Shown: positions 8,150-17,348 of the stretch, in pieces
Layout: every line of letters starts with the position of its first letter
Position numbering within the stretch: the stretch's first letter is position 1
Virus record (IMG/VR): IMGVR_UViG_3300033121_001394
Coordinates: 21,594 to 85,593 of that record
Origin: a virus
Taxonomy: Duplodnaviria > Caudoviricetes
DNA length: 64,000 bases
Strand: one strand, 5' to 3'
The notes under the pieces: generated by a model
The model's input: only the letters and a program-made list of their open reading frames with translations
Told to the model about the DNA's origin: nothing
Database searches by the model: none
Translations under genes and position numbers: made by a program

Positions 8150-9722
8150 TTACAAAGATGAAAAAACATGGGATCTCCTATGTTCCGGTGCGACTAAAAA
8201 TGTTTTTCAGTGTGAAAGTAGACTTTTGCAACATTGGCTTAAAAAAATAAAACCTAGGAATTTATGGGAATTATCTATTGTCTTAAGCCTTATTAGACCC
8301 GGTTGTCTTACCACAAATATTATTGATGATTATCTTGGTTACAGAAATAAAACAAAAGAATTTGAATCAATACATCCAGTTGTTGATGAGATATTAAAAA
8401 CCACAGACCATTCAATGGTCTTTCAAGAAAGTTTAATGTTGATTGGTGCTAAACTTGCATGGCCCCATTTGCCTGACAAAGAACGATCGTTAAAGGTGGA
8501 TGAACTTAGAAAGGCTGTAGGTAAAAAGAATCAGGAAAAGATTCTTAAGATTGGTAAGGAATTCGTAGAAGGTTGTTTAGTTAATAAAGTTGATCAAGAT
8601 GTTGCAGACAAACTATTTGAGATTATTAAATCCTGCGGTCGATATCTTTTTAACCTTTCTCATGCGTTTGCTTATGCAGTGAAGGCTTACGAAACCGCAT
8701 ATCTTAAGGCTAATTATCCATTACAATCCCTTGCTGTGTACTTAAGTTATGCCCAATTTAAACAGGCTCATAAAAAAGAGGGTAAAACTTTCGGTGGTAA
8801 ATGGAACGAGATTGAAGAAATCGTGAATGAGGGCCGGAAGTACCTTAGCGTGGAACTCCTCGCCCCTAATATTAATTCTAAAAATGAGAATTTTGCAATA
8901 GAGAATGGGGCAATTCGGTATGGTTTAGGTCATATTAAGTACTTTGGTAATAGTATAGATAAAGTTAAGAAGTTGCCTCGGATTGATAAATGGCAGCAAG
9001 TATTGCTGTTGCTTTGTACTGATAGATTTGGTTTTAAACTTAAAGCAACTACTGGCGAAGCCCTTATTAAAACTGGCTGCTTCGCAGACACTAAGGTTAG
9101 TAGGTCCGACCTACTAACCGCTTATACATTGGCGGCAAGCCTAACTGAACGAGAGATGGAAAAATTAGCCGACTTGTTAGAAAATAATTCCGACCAACCA
9201 ATAACCTCTTTAAAAGATTTACTTACAAACGTGGTAAGTATAGCCACCAAAAGAAGAAAAGAAACTTTAGAAGATGAAATTAAACTTCTAAAACTCAACC
9301 AATTCGACAATCCCCAATGGGTAGAACAGGTTGAAAAACACTATATGGGCCTGCCCATTAATACTACCGCTCTTGATAATATCTCTGAACAAGCCGGTTA
9401 TGGTTGTCAAGACTTACATGATAGTTTGCCCCTTTATACCACTCGTCAGATTCATGTTATTATCGATGAGGTAAAGACTACAGTTACTAAAACTGGGAAA
9501 AACCCCGGTCAAGAGATGTGCTTTGTAACGGGGCACGATGCTACGGGTAAGGTTGATCGCTTACCCATTTTCCCTGAATTGTATGCCACCCTAAAAGATG
9601 ATCTATTTCCCCCACAAATGTTTTGCTTAACAGTACATAAAGGTAAGGGCGGCTGGTTTGTTAAAGAAGGATATAAACTTGACACCACTAGAGATTCTGG
9701 AAAAATGCAATTATCTAATTAA
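8130..9722 (+). CDS. dnaE: DnaE fragment 3: fingers, HhH and OB-fold
   Basis: VFQCES, LIRPG, MVFQE, LRKAVGKK, YLFNLSHAFAYA, YLKANYP, PNINSK, IRYGLGHIK and a C-terminal OB-fold (EMCFVTGHDATG). Confidence 0.92.
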   Translation: MKHTVIDYKDEKTWDLLCSGATKNVFQCESRLLQHWLKKIKPRNLWELSIVLSLIRPGCLTTNIIDDYLGYRNKTKEFESIHPVVDEILKTTDHSMVFQESLMLIGAKLAWPHLPDKERSLKVDELRKAVGKKNQEKILKIGKEFVEGCLVNKVDQDVADKLFEIIKSCGRYLFNLSHAFAYAVKAYETAYLKANYPLQSLAVYLSYAQFKQAHKKEGKTFGGKWNEIEEIVNEGRKYLSVELLAPNINSKNENFAIENGAIRYGLGHIKYFGNSIDKVKKLPRIDKWQQVLLLLCTDRFGFKLKATTGEALIKTGCFADTKVSRSDLLTAYTLAASLTEREMEKLADLLENNSDQPITSLKDLLTNVVSIATKRRKETLEDEIKLLKLNQFDNPQWVEQVEKHYMGLPINTTALDNISEQAGYGCQDLHDSLPLYTTRQIHVIIDEVKTTVTKTGKNPGQEMCFVTGHDATGKVDRLPIFPELYATLKDDLFPPQMFCLTVHKGKGGWFVKEGYKLDTTRDSGKMQLSN

Positions 9723-10143
9723 ATATTTTTATAATGAAGGAGACAATCATGCTATATTACATCTTCTCTTAGATAAACAAAAAATATATAAGTTTACCTA
9801 TGAAAACGGGGAGTTTAAAACAAATTATCAAGATATAACTATTAAATGTCCTAAATATGCTTCGCTTGCTTACCTATCATTTTTTATACAAGAAATTTGT
9901 AAGGAAGAAGAATATCCAGCGTTCCGCATTAAGAAATTATTTAATAACAATCCTTCAAACCTAATAAGGTTCTTAGATACGTCCGAAGAAGAAACTTTGC
10001 AAAGTATGTATCTACAGGATTTATTGGATGAATATAGTCGTTATGGTTTACGCAAAAATATTATAGAAAAAGCCAAAATGGTAGAAATTACCGATGGGCT
10101 ATATCCGCTAGTTGGGCACCATCTGGGAGTTACAATCTCATGA
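9658..10143 (+). CDS. hypothetical protein
   Basis: ORF coupled to the sigma gene; the 5' end is uncertain (65-nt overlap with dnaE). Confidence 0.55.
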   Translation: MLKKDINLTPLEILEKCNYLIKYFYNEGDNHAILHLLLDKQKIYKFTYENGEFKTNYQDITIKCPKYASLAYLSFFIQEICKEEEYPAFRIKKLFNNNPSNLIRFLDTSEEETLQSMYLQDLLDEYSRYGLRKNIIEKAKMVEITDGLYPLVGHHLGVTIS

Positions 10144-10727
10144 TTCTAGCCCAAATACAAAAATATGATAGGCTAATTAAGAGAGTAGCCAAAGAAACCA
10201 TTCAAAAATACAAATCCTCTATTTTAGATGAGGAAGATTTATATGCCGAAGGCTGTTTAGTTTTAGATAAAATTCTGGCAAGTTATAAGGAAGAAAAGGG
10301 TTCAAAGGTTAATTACATCATTCATTGCTTACGAAACGAATTTTCTGAATTAATAAATAAGCATACTAATAATGTCGCCCTTTCGAAACGTGGAGTTTAC
10401 TTACTTACTCAATATAGGCTCTTATGTAAAACTAAAAATATTGAAGATATTGCTAAAGAATTGGGCACAACAGAGGGGTACTTAAGAAAACTAATAGGTT
10501 TATCCACAAGAAAAGATCTTGCCCAAGCATATAAAGTAGAGAATCTTGATTACAATATAGATAAAACCACATTTTTATCAAAAAATGATGAATTTCTCTT
10601 GAATTTTTACTTAGGCGGTCATACAATTAAAGAAATCGCTAAAAGATTGGGTCGATCTGATGAATCAACTCGATTAGAATTAAAGAAGATTTTCAATAAA
10701 TTGAAGATCTATTGGAAAGAAGTATGA
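10140..10727 (+). CDS. Phage sigma-70-family RNA polymerase sigma factor
   Basis: Region 2 (DEEDLYAEGCLVL...YKEEKG), region 3 HTH (IEDIAKELG) and region 4 HTH (TIKEIAKRLGRS). Confidence 0.8.
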   Translation: MILAQIQKYDRLIKRVAKETIQKYKSSILDEEDLYAEGCLVLDKILASYKEEKGSKVNYIIHCLRNEFSELINKHTNNVALSKRGVYLLTQYRLLCKTKNIEDIAKELGTTEGYLRKLIGLSTRKDLAQAYKVENLDYNIDKTTFLSKNDEFLLNFYLGGHTIKEIAKRLGRSDESTRLELKKIFNKLKIYWKEV

Positions 10728-12379
10728 GTAAGAAACGTGTCCTTTTTGTAAATGAGTTTTCCGAACTCTCTACTGGCTTTGCTACTTATGGGCATTATGT
10801 AATTCCCGAATTATATAAGACGGGCAAATATGAAATTGCTGAGATCGGTGTTTACGCCAGCAAAGCCCACCCTAAAATTGGCAATGTCCCTTGGAAAGTA
10901 TATCCTAATGAACCCGATCCAAATAATATTGAAGAACAAAAGATATACGCCCAAAATAAAATTAATCAATTTGGTCTATGGAGATTTAATGAGGCGGCAC
11001 TTGATTTCAAGCCCGATTTTACGATCTCAATTTCTGACGTTTGGATGAATGAATGGATTCATCAAACACCCTATCGTAATAATTTTAAACATCTTCAAAT
11101 GGTTACTTGTGATGGTGAGCCTCAAAAAGATGAGTGGTTACGCAGTTACAAGAACAACGATGTTTTATTAACGTATTCCTATTGGGCTAAAAATTTAATA
11201 GAAAGAGTAAGTAATGGGCGAACAAAAGTACGAGATGTTGCTTCGCCCGGTACTGATATCCATATCTTCCGCCCACAAGATAAAGTTAAATTGCGTGAAA
11301 GATTTGGTATTAAAGGGGATGTTTTTATTATACAAACGGTTATGAGGAATCAGCCCCGTAAACTGTTCCCCGAACTTATGAAGGCGTTTAACGCCTTTTT
11401 GGAACTCTGCCGTGCTAACGGTCGTGACGATATCGCCCAAAAGACTTATCTTCACCTTCATACTACTAATCCTGATATGGGTTGGGACTTACCCAAGGAA
11501 ATCCGCAATCACGGATTGGGTCACAAGGTAATTTTTACCTATATGTGCGATAACTGTAAAGCCTTTTACCCTTCTTTCTACCAAGGTGATCGTACTATAT
11601 GTCGTCACTGTCATCAATCAAGTTTACGACTTCCTAATACTGCTGTGGGCTTAGAGAGAGAACAACTTGCAGATATTATGGCAATGCCTGATTTGTATAT
11701 TCAGTATAGTTGCTCAGAAGGTTTTGGGCTTCCAATGAATGATGCTAAAGCCTGTGGTGTACCAGCAATGGCTACTGAGCATTCAGCAATGTGGGAGCAA
11801 GGGCACGCACCCGGTGGAATTCCAATCCCAGTTTCAAAACATGTTCAAGAATGTATTACGCAAACCAATCAATTAAGAGCTTGGCCTGATAATGAGGCTA
11901 CTGCCCAATTATTCTACAAATTCTTTACGGCTACGCCGGAGTACAGAGCTAAATTAGGACAAGAGGCTAGAGACTGGGTTGTTAAACAGTACTCTTGGCC
12001 TAATATTGCCAAAATCTGGGAAAATATTATTGACGAGACTCCTATCTTAGATCGTCGTCAAACTTGGGATGCCCCGCCCTATATTATTAAGAATTTGACT
12101 ATGCCAAACCAACAGTTATCTAATATTGACTTTGTCAAATGGGCACTAATTGATGTGCTTCGCAAACCCCGTATGTTCCATGATGTTGGGGGACGATTCG
12201 CTCAGATTTTGGATCAGGGTTTTGAACCTCAGCAATTAGAAGATGGGCGAATGATGCATAAGCCATATAATCGTGAGAACTTTGTCCAATTCTTAGTGGG
12301 ACAGATTAATCAACATAATATGTTAGAATCAATGCGTTGTGGACTTAATCAAACAACTTCGAAAGTGGTGAAGATTTAA
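10724..12379 (+). CDS. GT-B (GT4-like) glycosyltransferase with CxxC...CxxC insertion
   Basis: RNQPRK and SEGFGLPMNDAKACGVP motifs; CDNC and CRHC pair. Confidence 0.85.
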   Translation: MSKKRVLFVNEFSELSTGFATYGHYVIPELYKTGKYEIAEIGVYASKAHPKIGNVPWKVYPNEPDPNNIEEQKIYAQNKINQFGLWRFNEAALDFKPDFTISISDVWMNEWIHQTPYRNNFKHLQMVTCDGEPQKDEWLRSYKNNDVLLTYSYWAKNLIERVSNGRTKVRDVASPGTDIHIFRPQDKVKLRERFGIKGDVFIIQTVMRNQPRKLFPELMKAFNAFLELCRANGRDDIAQKTYLHLHTTNPDMGWDLPKEIRNHGLGHKVIFTYMCDNCKAFYPSFYQGDRTICRHCHQSSLRLPNTAVGLEREQLADIMAMPDLYIQYSCSEGFGLPMNDAKACGVPAMATEHSAMWEQGHAPGGIPIPVSKHVQECITQTNQLRAWPDNEATAQLFYKFFTATPEYRAKLGQEARDWVVKQYSWPNIAKIWENIIDETPILDRRQTWDAPPYIIKNLTMPNQQLSNIDFVKWALIDVLRKPRMFHDVGGRFAQILDQGFEPQQLEDGRMMHKPYNRENFVQFLVGQINQHNMLESMRCGLNQTTSKVVKI

Positions 12380-13482
12380 TGGGTAAAAGCATAACTTATA
12401 TTGGACCATTCTATGATTCTACGGGTTACTGTGACGCTGCTAGTAAAACGACTTTATGTATTCAAAAAGCCGGATATGCTATACAAGCAAAAACAGTAAA
12501 ACTTACTGGACAAAGAGTAGATGCTTATCCAGACATACAGAAATTAGAACTTGTCCGGCATAAGCCGGACATAGTCATTCAAAACTACCTTCCGCCTCTC
12601 ATGGTTTACCACGCCGGAGCAAAGAACATTGGTTATTTCTTTTGTGAAACTTCCCATTTCCGCCCTTCAAATTGGCAATATAATCTTAATTTAATGGATG
12701 AAGTTTGGGTTTGCTGTGATCAAAACATAGAGGCGGCTCAGCGTTCGGGAGTGACTAAACCTATTAAGAAAGTCCCCATTCCCTACGTGAATCCGTATTC
12801 AGAAGTCGTAGATCGTATGGATTTTGGTTTTCCAGAGGATACCTTTGTATTCTTTAATGTCGGAGACTTTTCCTATCGCAAGAATATTATGGGGCTTGTT
12901 GAAGCATATTTCCTATCTTTCACCAAATATGACAAGGTGGCCCTTATTCTAAAGTGTTACTGCGATGGTCAGCCTACGGCAAAATCCGTGGAGATAATTA
13001 AACATGAGATTAATAATCTTAAACGCCAATTAAAGAAACATAATGTAGATATTTATCCTCCTGTTTATCTTGTTGCCGAATACTTAGACGAAGTGGAACT
13101 TCAGAAATTTCACAATGCCGGAGATTGTTTTATTTCTTTAGAACGCGGAGCGGCATGGAATCTCCCTTGCTATCAAGCAATGGGTGAGGGCAAGCCTGTT
13201 ATAGTAGCAGGGGGTGGTGGGCAAACAGAATACCTTATAGGTGAAAAGGAAGGGGTAACACTATTAGATGGGGAAGTCGAATTTGTTAAGAATATGGCCC
13301 AGTGCCCCTATCCCGGTTTATATACTTGCCATGAGAAATGGTTTAATCCTTCAATTCAACATGCAGTATTTGCAATGCAAAGTGCGTATCGCACAGGTAA
13401 GGTTCGGTATAACCGGACAACTTGGTTGTCCAAATGGGATTTAGCGGGCTGTGCCTCTAAATTCAAGGAGGTTTTAGGTTGA
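12379..13482 (+). CDS. GT-B (GT4-like) glycosyltransferase
   Basis: FFNVGDFSYRKN, ERGAAWNLPCYQAMGEGKPVI. Confidence 0.8.
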   Translation: MGKSITYIGPFYDSTGYCDAASKTTLCIQKAGYAIQAKTVKLTGQRVDAYPDIQKLELVRHKPDIVIQNYLPPLMVYHAGAKNIGYFFCETSHFRPSNWQYNLNLMDEVWVCCDQNIEAAQRSGVTKPIKKVPIPYVNPYSEVVDRMDFGFPEDTFVFFNVGDFSYRKNIMGLVEAYFLSFTKYDKVALILKCYCDGQPTAKSVEIIKHEINNLKRQLKKHNVDIYPPVYLVAEYLDEVELQKFHNAGDCFISLERGAAWNLPCYQAMGEGKPVIVAGGGGQTEYLIGEKEGVTLLDGEVEFVKNMAQCPYPGLYTCHEKWFNPSIQHAVFAMQSAYRTGKVRYNRTTWLSKWDLAGCASKFKEVLG

Positions 13483-14480
13483 TTACCCGCGAATTATCAG
13501 TTATGAGGAGATTGTTGGATAATCCTCGTCGAAGGCTTAATATATTAACCCATGCTACACACGAAGGTTTTTCCGGTATGCTAGCAAGTATACCTCATAA
13601 CTTTTACATGCTCTCAGGAGCGATCCAAGGAGGACCACCCTTCAAAAAGTGGGATTACCATACCCGCCCTATGCCCCCTAACCACTACATGTTTAATATT
13701 CCCGCAGAACATACCAAAGCGGATATAGAATTTGATCTTGTATTATGTCAAAATAGGTCAATGTATTATCCCTTCTTTTTTGCAGTAGCCGAAAAACTTA
13801 ATATTCCCCTTATTGTTCTCGATCATACCGAACCACCGCCGGGGGCTAGTCAGCAGCAGTTGAATGGTATTAAACAATGGATTGGACATACTAACGTCTA
13901 CATTACCGAACATAATAGAACAACTTGGGAAAATCCTAACGGCATCATAATTCCTCATGGAATTGACACCGAAGTGTTTAAGGGATATACAGGTGCCCTC
14001 CCAAGAGGCGTAACAATGGTAAATCAATTCCCAAGCCGCGATGTGTTCTGTGGGTGGGGTCTATACCAGAGCCTCTTAAAACAAATCCAATGCGATCTGG
14101 TGGGGGACAACCCCGGATTGTCAAAATCCATCAAAGACCCAGTTGAGATTGCAAGTACTTTAGGACAATATAGATATTATCTTAATACTTCCCAACTTAG
14201 CCCAGTCCCCCTATCGGTTCTTGAGGCAATGGCAATTGGTCTTCCTATAGTTACCACTGCAAAGCAGGAGTTGCCAAAAATTATTCGGAATGGATATAAT
14301 GGGTACATTAGTAATGATCCAGAAGAACTTATTAAAGCTTGTCAGAAATTAGTAGCAGAACCAGAGTTGGCAAAAGAATTAGGGGCAAATGCCCGTAAAA
14401 CAATAGAAGAGAAGTTCTCTTTACAGAACTTCGTGGAAAATTGGAATAATGTGTTCTATAATACCTTGGAGAAAATATGA
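13479..14480 (+). CDS. GT-B (GT4-like) glycosyltransferase
   Basis: IPHGIDTEVF, SPVPLSVLEAMAIGLPIV, NGYNGY, LGANARK. Confidence 0.88.
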   Translation: MITRELSVMRRLLDNPRRRLNILTHATHEGFSGMLASIPHNFYMLSGAIQGGPPFKKWDYHTRPMPPNHYMFNIPAEHTKADIEFDLVLCQNRSMYYPFFFAVAEKLNIPLIVLDHTEPPPGASQQQLNGIKQWIGHTNVYITEHNRTTWENPNGIIIPHGIDTEVFKGYTGALPRGVTMVNQFPSRDVFCGWGLYQSLLKQIQCDLVGDNPGLSKSIKDPVEIASTLGQYRYYLNTSQLSPVPLSVLEAMAIGLPIVTTAKQELPKIIRNGYNGYISNDPEELIKACQKLVAEPELAKELGANARKTIEEKFSLQNFVENWNNVFYNTLEKI

Positions 14481-14932
14481 AATTAAACTTTCAATGCGGG
14501 CAGGACTTTATAACTGGATGGAAAAACTATGATATGAATCCAGTGAATGCTGAAATTCAGCAGTTTGACTTTAGAAACTTTCAGCAATTAGGAATGAAGG
14601 ATAATACAGTTGATGAAATTAGACTTAACACATCCTTAGAACTCGTCCACTTTTCCCAAATAGGAAACTTGTTCACTCAATTTTATAACGCCCTACAGGT
14701 CGGAGGTAGCCTCTACCTCCAAGGTATTCATGCTGAACAACTTGCCAACACTTTAGCCTATGGCAATATATCTATTGAAGAGTTCAATCAGGTAGTTTAT
14801 GGACATCCCCAGTTGCCCCACCGATCCTTGTATACTTTAAACCTAATAGAAAATATTATGGGGCAGATAGGGTTTAAGATTAAGCAAAAGGGGATTATAG
14901 GGCAAGCCTTCTATATAAGGATTACGAAGTGA
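14477..14932 (+). CDS. Class I SAM-dependent methyltransferase-like protein
   Basis: MKLNFQCG...GWKNYD start resembles the LNLGCG motif-I family; LELV...LQVGGSLYL. Confidence 0.6.
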   Translation: MKLNFQCGQDFITGWKNYDMNPVNAEIQQFDFRNFQQLGMKDNTVDEIRLNTSLELVHFSQIGNLFTQFYNALQVGGSLYLQGIHAEQLANTLAYGNISIEEFNQVVYGHPQLPHRSLYTLNLIENIMGQIGFKIKQKGIIGQAFYIRITK

Positions 14933-15630
14933 TTACGTCGGTAATAACTAATTTTAATCAGGGTAAATTTATTGAATCTGCCCTTAATAGTTTACTTGGG
15001 CAAACCATGTTGCCTTCTGAGATTATAGTGGTAGACGATAAATCAACAGACAACTCAGTAGAATTAATAGAGAAATGTATAGGAAAATATACGGGGCCGA
15101 TCCCGATTCATTTTGTTAAAAGGGAAACCAACGGTAAGCCGGGAGGGGCAAGGAACTCTGCTATCAAAATAGCCAAGGGCGATATTATTACCTTCCTTGA
15201 TATTGATGATTACTATTACAAAGATAAGATTCAAAAATCAGTTGAGGTTCTTGAAAAGAATTCCGAAGTAGGATTAGTTTATTCCGATTATGATAAGACG
15301 GATTTACGTACTGGAAAGTCGATGCGTGAATTTAAACATCCTTATGATTTTGCCCTTCTTTGGCAAACTTGTATTGTGAGTACTAATTCCGTAATAAGGG
15401 CAGAAGTATTTAAAGAAGGTGTAGTCGGCCTATTTAATGAAAAATACCTAGTGGCTGAGGACTATGAAATGTGGCTTCGTATCGCCCGTAAATATATCCT
15501 TTGGCACATTCCAGAACCCTTATTTATGTATCGTCTGCACGGTGAAAATCTAACTATTAAGTATGGATATACAATGAATAAAGTAGTAGAAGAAATTAAA
15601 AGGAATTATATTAATGAGCATTCAACTTAA
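14929..15630 (+). CDS. GT-A (GT2) glycosyltransferase
   Basis: SVITNFNQG, VVDDKSTD, GGARN, FLDIDD (DxD), AEDYEMWLR. Confidence 0.92.
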   Translation: MITSVITNFNQGKFIESALNSLLGQTMLPSEIIVVDDKSTDNSVELIEKCIGKYTGPIPIHFVKRETNGKPGGARNSAIKIAKGDIITFLDIDDYYYKDKIQKSVEVLEKNSEVGLVYSDYDKTDLRTGKSMREFKHPYDFALLWQTCIVSTNSVIRAEVFKEGVVGLFNEKYLVAEDYEMWLRIARKYILWHIPEPLFMYRLHGENLTIKYGYTMNKVVEEIKRNYINEHST

Positions 15631-16159
15631 TAGTGCAGCAGCCAAAGCCGCCAAACAATCCATCGTCCCTCTCTATAAATCACCCTTTCAATTTGGTATT
15701 TTCCTTAGTAAATTCAATCAGACCCAGATGGCTTTTGGCCTTTTGAAGAATTTAAACGAATTTTTTGGAAAACCCCAAAATATCGACATATACTTATATA
15801 CGCTCGAACATTCTTTACCCATAATTGTACCCCCCACCAGTTTATTTCAACGTCCTCATTTGGATAATCATGAGGGGTATTTAGTAGTTACCGATTATAC
15901 TACGTGGCAACAGGCAATAAAAATTGATGGTGCAAAGGTTTTATTTTATGTTTATGACCTAATGTATCTATCGCTCTTACCAGCGAATCTTTTAGAAGAG
16001 ATTCGAGCCGCAGGAACAGTATGTTTCTCTCATACAACCGCCCATAATAATATCTTAGAGAAGATGTTTAGATTTAAAGTACCAAATAAGGTATGTCACA
16101 CTTTTAATATTGAACAATTAATAGGAGTAGTACGTGAGCAAGACGCCAGAAGCAACTGA
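15614..16159 (+). CDS. Glycosyltransferase-associated protein, possibly a single Rossmann half-domain
   Basis: Last gene of the GT cluster; beta/alpha pattern with LFYVYDL. Confidence 0.4.
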   Translation: MSIQLNSAAAKAAKQSIVPLYKSPFQFGIFLSKFNQTQMAFGLLKNLNEFFGKPQNIDIYLYTLEHSLPIIVPPTSLFQRPHLDNHEGYLVVTDYTTWQQAIKIDGAKVLFYVYDLMYLSLLPANLLEEIRAAGTVCFSHTTAHNNILEKMFRFKVPNKVCHTFNIEQLIGVVREQDARSN

Positions 16160-16823
16160 AAGTTTAACACATCGTAGATTTAATGATCCCGAATGGACTG
16201 ATTGGGTTTTGGATCAATTATGGGAGAATGAGTTTGTTGTCAAAGATGATGGCAAGCGTTATCCAAAGGCCGATGGATTACGTCGAGTGTTTCATAATGT
16301 AGTTGGCCCTATTATTTCTATGACTCGTAGTGTTGCTCAAGCACCAGCAGCGAGTATGGAAAATGATTATTCGGGTATAGCTACGATTAGAGTTTCTATT
16401 ACTTATAGTTGCCCTGAAATTGCCGCAGGTATCTGTGTTTATGACGAAGTGGCCGATTGCTACGATGGAAATACAATCCGCCCATATTCATTACATCCGT
16501 CTGCAACAGCATCTACAATGGCTGAAGGACGTGCTTTGCGAAAGATTATGAACCTAAAGGTTCTTACGATTGAAGAAATGTCTGCTCCACCCGGAGCAAA
16601 TAAGCAAAGAGATTCTGCTCCTCCAATTAAGGAACATCAAAAGAATACTATTAAGACAATTTGTAAAAATATAGAAATTGATCCTGTTAAAGCAATTAAA
16701 TATATTATAGGAAAAGATGTTAAAGATCTTAATATTGAAGACGGTGCCCAAATTATTGGGGCACTTAGCGATTGGCAAATTAGTAAAAATGGGAAGTTTA
16801 ATATCCCAGCAGATTTCAAATAA
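16134..16823 (+). CDS. Rad52/Sak-like single-strand annealing protein
   Basis: GLRRV...ATIRVSI...ATASTMAEGRALRK...EEM core followed by a low-complexity linker and a helical tail. Confidence 0.55.
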   Translation: MSKTPEATESLTHRRFNDPEWTDWVLDQLWENEFVVKDDGKRYPKADGLRRVFHNVVGPIISMTRSVAQAPAASMENDYSGIATIRVSITYSCPEIAAGICVYDEVADCYDGNTIRPYSLHPSATASTMAEGRALRKIMNLKVLTIEEMSAPPGANKQRDSAPPIKEHQKNTIKTICKNIEIDPVKAIKYIIGKDVKDLNIEDGAQIIGALSDWQISKNGKFNIPADFK

Positions 16824-16832
16824 GGAGTTAGT

Positions 16833-17315
16833 ATGGCTAGTAAGTTAAGTTATTCAGTTTGGCGTCCAAATAAGTCTGGTAATGGTTTTGCAGCAACCTT
16901 TGATTATAGTGATAAGAATCGCTGCTGGTTTGCTGCTGTTGCCCCTCAAAGCGGTGATGGAGAACGAAGTTTTGATTTTAATAAGAAGATTACGGCAAAA
17001 CTTGGTTTAAGCGATATCGGGGCGATGCTTAGTGTTCTTTTGGGTCGAACCCAAACGGTAGGGGAAAAGGGTTTATTCCATACCTCGAATAAGGATTCTA
17101 AGGATAGCACCATTATTAATTTACAGGCAAACGAAAATGGTGGCTTCGCCTTTGGTTTAAGTCAAAAGAAGGGTACTGTTTCTTCAAGAGGTGGAGTTAA
17201 TCTCTTTCTAGGAGATGCCGTTGTTCTTGCGGAACTATTTCGGCAAACAATTGTATCTATGTGTACCGAAGAGTACACGCCGGGCGGGGCAGGAAATAAT
17301 AAACAAAGTGATTAA
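16833..17315 (+). CDS. Whirly/PC4-fold ssDNA-binding protein candidate
   Basis: Two beta4-alpha repeats; VAPQSGDGERSFDFNKKITAKLGLSDIGAML recalls the plant Whirly FAP...YDWxxK..FxLSxxEIGxL segment; LFH motif. Confidence 0.6.
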   Translation: MASKLSYSVWRPNKSGNGFAATFDYSDKNRCWFAAVAPQSGDGERSFDFNKKITAKLGLSDIGAMLSVLLGRTQTVGEKGLFHTSNKDSKDSTIINLQANENGGFAFGLSQKKGTVSSRGGVNLFLGDAVVLAELFRQTIVSMCTEEYTPGGAGNNKQSD

Positions 17316-17348
17316 AATAAAGGGGCCAAACGGCCCCTTATTTATTTT
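17313..17348. terminator. Bidirectional intrinsic terminator
   Basis: AAGGGGCC-AAAC-GGCCCCTT hairpin with an A-tract on the left and a T-tract on the right, between convergent genes. Confidence 0.85.

Noticed and set aside
7050-8190. Self-splicing intron rejoining the mini-ORF to dnaE fragment 3
   Set aside because: Only 26 nt of non-coding sequence flank the endonuclease, and I found no in-frame U|...G| junction that restores the DnaE motif. RT-PCR would settle it.
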